Of a DNA stretch of 22,955 bases, positions 15,682-21,566 are shown one piece after another (position 1 is the stretch's first letter; each line of letters starts with the position of its first letter). The notes below the pieces were generated by a model. That model ran no database searches. It was not told the DNA's origin and was given only the letters and a program-made list of their open reading frames with translations. The DNA comes from a virus. The position numbers were made by a program, and so were the translations under genes. The stretch is taken from positions 1 to 22,955 of IMG/VR virus record IMGVR_UViG_3300031368_000015. The stretch is one strand, 5' to 3'.

Positions 15682-16863
15682 ATGAAAACAATATTAAAGC
15701 GCATAAAAACAATTCGATTAAAAAAGCTATGGGCGTATCTTGTAAATGCCCTGCAGAAGTCTTTACGTTTTTTTGTTCGGGGCTGGCTCCGAATTAGAAA
15801 GATAGTATTAATTTTAATATTTTGTTTATCGATAAGTTTGGCTGGAGGTACATCGTATTGGTTATACCAACATTTTAGTCAGCCCCGTGAAAAATACGCA
15901 GTATTAATATCCGGGGGTGAAACACGATATGATAATGAGATGATTCATTCAGAATATTGGTATGATTTATTGATGACTTATAAAAGTTATATAGATCAGG
16001 GATATACCCATAAAAATATATTTGTTTTTTATGGTCAAGGACCTGGCCATGATTTCGATAGCCAATATAATCATTATAATATCAAAACCTATTTTCCCGG
16101 AATAAAAACTATTATTGATTATGATAATAGCTGGGAAACCATAAAAAGCGGATTAAAAGATATTGATTTTTATGTGACAAAACATGATAAAATAACTATT
16201 CAGTGGGTCGTAGGCCATGGTGGAATACCCTACGGTTCCAGGGGGGATGAATATAATTCATATAGAGCATATATTGGGGGAACCAACCAGTCTTATCAAG
16301 AGAAAGAAGATATTTATAAAGCCATAAATCAGATTGATGATTTTAAGCAGCGTGAAATATATTGGATGACTTGTCATTCTGGATCAATGGCAGTAGGTCA
16401 AAATAAATTTTCTGGGTTCCGTACAACTATTCTAACTTCCTCCAATTGGAATGAAGCTTCTTATTCATCCTATCCAGGCGGCTACACGGATGGGTGGTAT
16501 GGATATAGTGGAGGATATATAACCAGTGAATTTAATTGGGTATTATATGGAATTAGGGATAATCAATATTTTGATAATACAAAATATAACTTCCATAATA
16601 GTAATCTGGAATATCCTATTACCCCTACTAAATTATATTATGAATTAAAGAATTCATCTTATATTAATTCAAAGGTACAAATTGGCGGACTATCTCCAGA
16701 CGCCGTGTATTGTCATGTAGTGGATACGCTAGATGATTGGTATACTAAAGCAAAGATTCCGATATATAAAGTACAACGTTTCTTTAAGCGTATCGAACAA
16801 TTTCGTACTCATATTGAAGAGGCGGTAGCCAAGGTTCTAGGATATGAACCCATAAATCGTTAA
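15682..16863 (+). CDS. Membrane-anchored clan CD cysteine protease (legumain/C13- or caspase-like)
   Basis: Basic N-terminus and one TM helix, then YAVLISGG, YWYDL..TY...GY...NIFVFYG, a catalytic His candidate (VVGHGG) and a catalytic Cys candidate (MTCHSGS). Confidence 0.75.
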   Translation: MKTILKRIKTIRLKKLWAYLVNALQKSLRFFVRGWLRIRKIVLILIFCLSISLAGGTSYWLYQHFSQPREKYAVLISGGETRYDNEMIHSEYWYDLLMTYKSYIDQGYTHKNIFVFYGQGPGHDFDSQYNHYNIKTYFPGIKTIIDYDNSWETIKSGLKDIDFYVTKHDKITIQWVVGHGGIPYGSRGDEYNSYRAYIGGTNQSYQEKEDIYKAINQIDDFKQREIYWMTCHSGSMAVGQNKFSGFRTTILTSSNWNEASYSSYPGGYTDGWYGYSGGYITSEFNWVLYGIRDNQYFDNTKYNFHNSNLEYPITPTKLYYELKNSSYINSKVQIGGLSPDAVYCHVVDTLDDWYTKAKIPIYKVQRFFKRIEQFRTHIEEAVAKVLGYEPINR

Positions 16864-16875
16864 TTAAATTTCAAT

Positions 16876-16923
16876 ATGGATAGTAAAATTACCATTATTG
16901 CAGTAATTTTACTAATCCTGTAA
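16876..16923 (+). CDS. Possible 15-aa hydrophobic micropeptide MDSKITIIAVILLIL
   Basis: ATG 12 nt after the protease stop, with an AT-rich initiation context. Too short to confirm from sequence. Confidence 0.3.
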   Translation: MDSKITIIAVILLIL

Positions 16924-16968
16924 CGTTAGACCTAAGAAAATGGGGTTTATCGCCACTAGAGAAGTAAT

Positions 16969-17020
16969 ATATTCATTAAAGTATCACTAAATGAATATTT
17001 AATGAATATTTAATGAATAT
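16969..17020. repeat. 11-bp tandem repeat AATGAATATTT (about x3) plus one inverted copy
   Basis: Direct copies at 16990, 17001 and 17012 (partial). ATATTCATTAAA at 16969-16980 is the reverse complement of 16998-17009. Confidence 0.75.
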
Positions 17021-17110
17021 AAAAAATTTACAGAAAATACCGAAAAACGACACTTTCTGCAAATTTTATAGAAGAATTCGAATTAAAATCGGTTTTAAGC
17101 GCCCCTAACG

Positions 17111-17160
17111 AACGATCTCCCTACGAGTGGCACTATATCATTACTCGTAGGGAGATCGTT
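17111..17160. terminator. Perfect 18-bp inverted repeat between convergent transcription units (bidirectional terminator or cruciform)
   Basis: AACGATCTCCCTACGAGT / ACTCGTAGGGAGATCGTT. No U-tract, so the terminator role is positional inference. Confidence 0.55.
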
Positions 17161-17189
17161 GACGTTTTATGGGATGGGTACCCCAGGTG

Positions 17190-17354
17190 TCATTGATTAT
17201 GAAATTTAGCACCGTATGATTCAGCTCTCCGTATGAGTGCCAGGTCTTGAGAATTATAAACTGGGAATATTGGAGCTGTGTCACCGCCAGGTTGAGTATA
17301 AAGTAGTCCACCGATAACTTTATAACGTATGTTGTTATGATAGAATTTGTTCAT
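17190..17354 (-). CDS. Hypothetical protein (54 aa) not in the ORF track
   Basis: MNKFYHNNIRYKVIGGLLYTQPGG...; its N-terminus resembles that of ORF 22414-22620. Confidence 0.7.
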   Translation of the reverse strand: MNKFYHNNIRYKVIGGLLYTQPGGDTAPIFPVYNSQDLALIRRAESYGAKFHNQ

Positions 17355-17374
17355 TTTTTGTCCTTTTTTAATAT

Positions 17375-17632
17375 CTACTTAATGGTGTCTATACGAGCGT
17401 AGACTATATCGCGCCCGATTTTAGCCTCTTTAAGTTTGTCGTCTAAATTAGCCGCTTCTTTTTCTATGCTTTTAGCGACATTCTCCAGCTTGTCGTGTTC
17501 GTTTTGGATTTTATCAATTGTTTTCAGTGATTGTTGAGTTTTTGTCTGCTTCTGGACATAATTAGTCCGCTTAGATTCTAACGGCCCGCAAATATCTTTT
17601 TCTCCGTAAAATTCTCCTATTGTTAAAACCAT
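17375..17632 (-). CDS. Coiled-coil hypothetical protein
   Basis: 85 aa with a heptad-rich K/E/Q C-terminal part. Confidence 0.7.
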   Translation of the reverse strand: MVLTIGEFYGEKDICGPLESKRTNYVQKQTKTQQSLKTIDKIQNEHDKLENVAKSIEKEAANLDDKLKEAKIGRDIVYARIDTIK

Positions 17633-17817
17633 TCTGCTTGATTTGCGGTGATCTTCACTGAAGAAAATTCACCAGAGGCTGGTTTGACATTTTCTCCTAC
17701 TATTGAGGAAAAAGTAGGGATAGACGTTACCGTATAACGTTGTCCTTCATAATTAAACTTTTCCCCTATTCTTGGAATATGAGGAAAATTGTTACGCCGT
17801 AAATTTGTTGATACCAT
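17623..17817 (-). CDS. Hypothetical protein
   Basis: Start moved to ATG 17817 (MVSTNLRR...), because the longer ORF overlaps tRNA-Ile. Confidence 0.65.
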   Translation of the reverse strand: MVSTNLRRNNFPHIPRIGEKFNYEGQRYTVTSIPTFSSIVGENVKPASGEFSSVKITANQAEWF

Positions 17818-17847
17818 TTTAAATATTATTATAGAAAAGTTAAATTG

Positions 17848-17921
17848 TACTGATGGGCGGATTTGAACCACCGACCTCCTACTTATCAGGCAGATGCTCT
17901 AATCAACTGAGCTACACCAGT
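17848..17921 (-). tRNA. tRNA-Ile(GAT)
   Basis: Full cloverleaf: acceptor ACTGGTG/CATCAGT, anticodon loop CT-GAT-AA, T-loop TTCAAAT, A73. Confidence 0.95.
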
Positions 17922-17924
17922 ATG

Positions 17925-18000
17925 CTGACCCCCCAGGGTTCGAACCTGGATTCTTTGGATTCAAAATCCAACGTGTTACCAAATGTTACACCAGAGGTCA
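17925..18000 (-). tRNA. tRNA-Gln(TTG)
   Basis: Acceptor TGACCTC/GGGGTCA, anticodon arm TTGGA-TT-TTG-AA-TCCAA, T-arm CCAGG-TTCGAAC-CCTGG, G73. Confidence 0.93.
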
Positions 18001-18003
18001 ATG

Positions 18004-18077
18004 TGGGCCTGAAGGGACTTGAACCCCTGACCGTCTGATTATGAGTCAGATGCTCTAACCAACTGAGCTACAGGCCC
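18004..18077 (-). tRNA. tRNA(CAT), probably Ile2 (lysidine type) or elongator Met
   Basis: Acceptor GGGCCTG/CAGGCCC, anticodon arm TCTGA-CT-CAT-AA-TCAGA. No initiator GGG/CCC. The Ile2 versus Met identity is inferred. Confidence 0.9.
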
Positions 18078-18745
18078 CGGTTGCAAACGTTTTCCTGGTC
18101 AACTGTTAAAGGAAGAAATCGTTTATAAGCCTCTATCGCATCCGGATTCTCTCGGAGGCCCCTAATGTACTCACCACGAAGATCAGACTCCATTATCTGT
18201 TTATATCGGAAATCCGTAGCCATTTCAAATCCTTTCTTGATTAGGCCATCAAATGAAGATCCTTTTCCTTGTGGGGTTACTATATCTAACATATCTTCAT
18301 TATATTCTCCTTTCAGGGTATCGCATACCATTAATCGAAATGACCGGGAACTATGAAAAATTTCGTATCCCACTAATAGGCTGTAATTAAGATATTTACC
18401 TGTATATGCTTCTTCTAATTGAGAAGTCCAGATTTTAAAGGCTAGGTCCCGCTTATAGTCCGATAGAGGTTTAGGTATCCATTTTAAATAAGAAGCCCAC
18501 CAGTTCAGTAAGTCCCTGAAAACGATTATATTAAATGTTTTATTCGCCCAGTTTATTTTGTGACTACTGAAATCACTGTCAATTTGGCAGGTTCCCATAA
18601 TGATGCTTTTTTGAGCTTGTGCGTAGTCCTGGGGCTGTACGTCCTCAAAATTGATTATGAGTAACTCCGGTGACCAGGATTGGATCATTTGTCGGACAAA
18701 GTTGTGCCCTGACCGGCAACAGGCAATAATTACAATGTTTTTCAT
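18068..18745 (-). CDS. Sulfotransferase-like (P-loop) protein
   Basis: N-terminal IIACCRSGHNFVRQMI (5'-PAPS-binding-like) and IVFRDLLNWWASY (3'-phosphate-binding R...S motif). Confidence 0.7.
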   Translation of the reverse strand: MKNIVIIACCRSGHNFVRQMIQSWSPELLIINFEDVQPQDYAQAQKSIIMGTCQIDSDFSSHKINWANKTFNIIVFRDLLNWWASYLKWIPKPLSDYKRDLAFKIWTSQLEEAYTGKYLNYSLLVGYEIFHSSRSFRLMVCDTLKGEYNEDMLDIVTPQGKGSSFDGLIKKGFEMATDFRYKQIMESDLRGEYIRGLRENPDAIEAYKRFLPLTVDQENVCNRGL

Positions 18746-18888
18746 TTGGGTTTATTATTTTCTATAGCACATTCAAATATTGAATTACAATAAGGACACT
18801 GTAAATAATCAATAGTATGTGGTTTTTTACCTTTAATCTTTTTTAATAAAAGTATTCCGCAGTGAGGGCAAATATCTCCTGTTTTCAT
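18742..18888 (-). CDS. 48-aa zinc-ribbon protein not in the ORF track
   Basis: MKTGDICPHCG...YLQCPYCNS... has two CxxC motifs and an ATGA overlap with the sulfotransferase start. Confidence 0.75.
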   Translation of the reverse strand: MKTGDICPHCGILLLKKIKGKKPHTIDYLQCPYCNSIFECAIENNKPK

Positions 18889-18890
18889 TG

Positions 18891-19052
18891 CTATTCCTGT
18901 TTAGATTTCCATTCATCAAAAACCTTACTCCAAAATTTATATGGATATTTTGTATAATCTTCTTCATGCCAATCAATAATAAACTTTATTGCCACTTCTC
19001 GGCTTACTTCATTAAAAGCCTGAAGGATAATTTCTATTATTTGATTTATCAT
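18891..19052 (-). CDS. Hypothetical protein (53 aa)
   Basis: Start moved to MINQIIE at 19052, because the longer ORF overlaps a tRNA-like element. Confidence 0.65.
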   Translation of the reverse strand: MINQIIEIILQAFNEVSREVAIKFIIDWHEEDYTKYPYKFWSKVFDEWKSKQE

Positions 19053-19054
19053 AG

Positions 19055-19130
19055 TACGGGAGAGAGGATTTGAACCTCCCCCTCCGGCTCTTCCGCCGAC
19101 GCTCTGGCCCATGGTTTAAGCTACTCCCGT
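19055..19130 (-). tRNA. Atypical tRNA-like gene with an all-purine 6-nt anticodon loop (no assignable anticodon)
   Basis: Perfect acceptor ACGGGAG/CTCCCGT plus A73, D-stem GCTT/GAGC, T-arm GGAGG-TTCAAAT-CCTCT. The anticodon stem TCGGC/GCCGG closes GGAAGA. Confidence 0.75.
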
Positions 19131-19154
19131 TACACTTCTCCAAGGATTGTGTTG

Positions 19155-19227
19155 CGCTGAAGGAAGGATTTGAACCTACACTTTCCAGGATGAAAACCTG
19201 ACGTCCTACGCGATAGACGATAAGGCC
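19155..19227 (-). pseudogene. Chimeric tRNA: Glu(TTC) 5' half and anticodon arm fused to a non-matching 3' end
   Basis: The D-arm and TCAGG-TT-TTC-AT-CCTGG are Glu-like, but acceptor strands GGCCTTA and CTTCAGC form only 1 of 7 pairs. Confidence 0.75.
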
Positions 19228-19233
19228 ACATAG

Positions 19234-19274
19234 TGCCGGAGTGAGGAATCGAACCCCCATGCCCAGTCTCCGGC
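19234..19274 (-). ncRNA. Mini-tRNA (acceptor stem plus T-arm only), copy in the tRNA operon
   Basis: GCCGGAG-ACTGGGCA-TGGGGG-TTCGATT-CCTCA-CTCCGGC-A-C: perfect 7-bp acceptor stem, 41 nt. Confidence 0.7.
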
Positions 19275-19383
19275 AAAGATCCCCCGTCAATAGGCTGTGG
19301 TTGTCTTAACGGTTGTCCTCTGGTGCATGCAGATCCCCGGGAGAAAGACGGGTCACGTAGCTTACAATGCCTATCATATGTTG

Positions 19384-19462
19384 TAGCGGGGGTAGGATTC
19401 GAACCGTTTATGACGACCTTTGGGATATGAGCCCAACGAGCTACCAACTGCTCTACCCCGCT
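19384..19462 (-). tRNA. Initiator-type tRNA-fMet(CAT) with a 6-nt insertion in the T-stem
   Basis: AGCGGGG/CCCCGCT acceptor, D-stem GAGC/GCTC, and three G-C pairs in the anticodon stem (TTGGG/CCCAA). The T-stem 5' strand reads GTCATAAACGG instead of the GTAGG implied by CCTAC. Confidence 0.85.
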
Positions 19463-19553
19463 ATATTATTAACAGGATAATCCTGGATTGGTATGTCCAA
19501 CCAGTCTTGATTAAAAATTACATATTCCATTTCATTATTTCTATTGTTTTAAG

Positions 19554-19626
19554 GGTGCCTGGAGAATTTCGAAATCTCGACCTTCGGAATCACAACCCGA
19601 CGCTCTGCCTCTGAGCTACAGACAAC
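19554..19626 (-). tRNA. tRNA-His(GTG)
   Basis: Encoded G-1 and C73; anticodon arm TCGGG-TT-GTG-AT-TCCGA. U1.C72 and one T-stem pair are mismatched. Confidence 0.88.
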
Positions 19627-19630
19627 GGTA

Positions 19631-19638
19631 CAAAGATA
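19631..19638 (-). promoter_or_regulatory. -7 box (TATCTTTG) of the tRNA-operon promoter
   Basis: TAnnTTTG 4 nt upstream of G-1 of tRNA-His. The -33 box is weak. Confidence 0.6.
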
Positions 19639-19663
19639 AACATAATATTTGAAAGTACCGCAT

Positions 19664-19680
19664 AGAATGATTATAAATAA
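19664..19680 (+). promoter_or_regulatory. Phage-specific motif copy 3 (AGAATGATTATAAATAA)
   Basis: One mismatch to the consensus. Confidence 0.55.
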
Positions 19681-19683
19681 CTA

Positions 19684-19729
19684 CTGCCATTTTGTCAGGC
19701 TTTTTGGAATTAACACTGCCATTTTGTCA
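19684..19729. repeat. CTGCCATTTTGTCA x2 with 32-bp period
   Basis: Copies start at 19684 and 19716. Confidence 0.85.
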
Positions 19730-20431
19730 TGTTTGTCGCGAATATATACTATACTTGCGACATTCTGCACGTTTTTGCAAACTTTTCGTCGTTAGAGGAT
19801 TAGATACTTGGACCAGTTAACAGACGCGAACCCCCGGTTGGTATTTTATATATTATACTTTATGTTTCTGTTTTGCATCATTTATGTATACAAATAGAAA
19901 TAGGATTCCTATTGTGTTCAATAATAAACTTTGTTCATGGGCCGTGAACATGTATGGAGATGGGACCCAACGTTTGCCAGTAAAGCTGATTTAGTGGTAA
20001 ACGTTGAGTATGGGACCCAATAATATATAAAAGCATGCTTAGTGGACTGTTTGGGGTGTATAGGGGGGGCCTCTTTGTGAAGGAAACTCGGTTGAATTCT
20101 TGGCTATATAGGGTAGGGTCCCCTATTACGTTCTTAACTGACTCACAGCCTGTTAGGTCAATTAGTCCTATAACTATTATTATGTTAAGTAGACGCGTAG
20201 TGGCCTGGGCCTGAGGAGGATAGGTATAATACAGCCTGCCTGTGCGGGGAGAAATACCAATATCTAAATTAAATAAAATTAATTAAATAAACCTGCGCGG
20301 CGGATAGTTCACATGCTCTACAGGCCCCTGTTCATAGGGTACACAGAGCTACGCTCACAAGCCCCTATCCATGGGCAGTACAGCAGTACGCATTCATAGC
20401 ATTAATGACACGTACTACGAAGGTCTTCGTA

Positions 20432-20551
20432 CATGACAATATGTCATGATGTCACAAAATAGGGGCAAATACACTGCCATTATGTCATAGAATAAGGGTA
20501 AACTACTGCCATTATGTCATGCTGCCCATACCCAGACCTGCCATTATGTCA
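20432..20551. repeat. CTGCCATTATGTCA x3 with exact 32-bp period, plus a palindromic variant
   Basis: Copies start at 20474, 20506 and 20538. CATGACA-ATA-TGTCATG lies at 20432-20448. Confidence 0.9.
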
Positions 20552-20558
20552 TACTACA

Positions 20559-20612
20559 AGTAATATTAGGCTGTAACCTAATACACCAGTAATATTAGAC
20601 TGTAACCTAATA
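20559..20612. repeat. 25-bp direct repeat x2 containing the palindrome TATTAGG-N6-CCTAATA
   Basis: AGTAATATTAG(G/A)CTGTAACCTAATA at 20559 and 20588 (29-bp period). Confidence 0.9.
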
Positions 20613-20680
20613 TTAATAACTATTTAATCAGAATTATATGTTACCTGGTACACAATATCACAATTATACTACGATTAGAT

Positions 20681-20697
20681 AGAATTATTCTAAATAG
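20681..20697 (+). promoter_or_regulatory. Phage-specific motif copy 4 (AGAATTATTCTAAATAG)
   Basis: Matches the consensus GAATNATT(C/A)TAAATA. Confidence 0.55.
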
Positions 20698-20857
20698 GCC
20701 CGGATAACCTATTCACTGGGCTGTAGAGCGTAAGTGTATCATTATGCTACACTCACCTAAACATTTAGTTTGTTTTTTAACATATGCTCTGCAGCCCACT
20801 GGGCATGGGCAATACAGGCCGTTACATCAACTAATTTTAAATTATTTTATAACCTTT

Positions 20858-20874
20858 GAATGATTCTAAATAAG
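20858..20874 (+). promoter_or_regulatory. Phage-specific motif copy 5 (GAATGATTCTAAATAAG)
   Basis: 17/17 identical to the reverse complement of 342-358. Confidence 0.6.
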
Positions 20875-21243
20875 GTCAACAACACGCTCAGTATCAATAA
20901 CATATGATATCAGCTATTTGTTAACGCCTTGACACATAGCATTTTAACCTTTCACTATTAATTACGTAATTGCAATCAGTTCGTTGACATGCTGAGATGT
21001 GAAAGCCCACCGGGGACCTGTAGACAAATTTGGTACGCGTACCATAGGGATGTAGGTTAGTAAGTGGTAATCATATCAACAGGACACATGAGAGCGCAGC
21101 CCGGGTCGCCGGGATGTGAGCAGGGCAGGCAGCCGCAATTGAAAAGATACACTACAGACCAGCACAAGCAGCTGGTGGTGTTAACTACGAGTTAGCTACG
21201 AGATCCCCGGAACACAGAGCGACCGGGAACAATAAGAGAAACG

Positions 21244-21315
21244 GCATAAGGCCTGTAAACAGTTAAATCGGATCTTATCAGGTAGTAGAGTGTAATTACT
21301 TTACAGGCCTTATGC
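21244..21315. repeat. Long hairpin with a perfect 16-bp stem
   Basis: GCATAAGGCCTGTAAA / TTTACAGGCCTTATGC, extended inward by AGTTA/TAATT. Confidence 0.85.
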
Positions 21316-21374
21316 ATCGAGAGCAATAAGATTCACAATTATTACATATTATAAACCTCTAATATCTTAGTAAC

Positions 21375-21566
21375 ATGGAACAACAAACACGGTTTACAAA
21401 TCAGGAAGTACAAGATCTGTTTGAAATTACCCGTTTCTTTCATAATGGATCACAGTTCAAATTTAAGGGTGTGGTTTACACCTTGACTTACGGCGGTGCT
21501 ACAGTCCGCGTATTAAAACAAAGCGGTGCTGGTAACTATAAAGAAATAACTTTAAAACGTAAATAA
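21375..21566 (+). CDS. Hypothetical protein
   Basis: First ORF after the long non-coding region; TAATG coupling to the next gene. Confidence 0.7.
   Translation: MEQQTRFTNQEVQDLFEITRFFHNGSQFKFKGVVYTLTYGGATVRVLKQSGAGNYKEITLKRK

Noticed and set aside
19283-19383. Theta/HDV-like ribozyme after a tRNA 3' end
   Set aside because: P1-like and P2-like helices exist, but P3/L3 does not directly precede P1', and there is no P4 or catalytic-C junction before P2'.
19479-19545. Small hairpins and a 5-codon ORF (MKWNM) between tRNA-His and tRNA-fMet
   Set aside because: Short, weak features expected by chance; no recognisable family.
17853-19614. ORFs overlapping the tRNA genes (17853-18038, 19012-19290, 19130-19447, 19420-19614)
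   Set aside because: They are translations of tRNA sequence (for example GFEPPTS, GLEPLT).
20053-20118. G-quadruplex
   Set aside because: The G-tracts (GGGG, G7, GGG, GGG) are split by a gap of more than 40 nt, too dispersed to support a call.
19684-20551. CRISPR or mini-CRISPR array interpretation of the 32-bp-period repeats
   Set aside because: Repeats are only 14-16 bp and spacers 16-18 bp, with at most 3-4 units, no leader and no cas genes. Helical phasing fits protein-binding iterons better.
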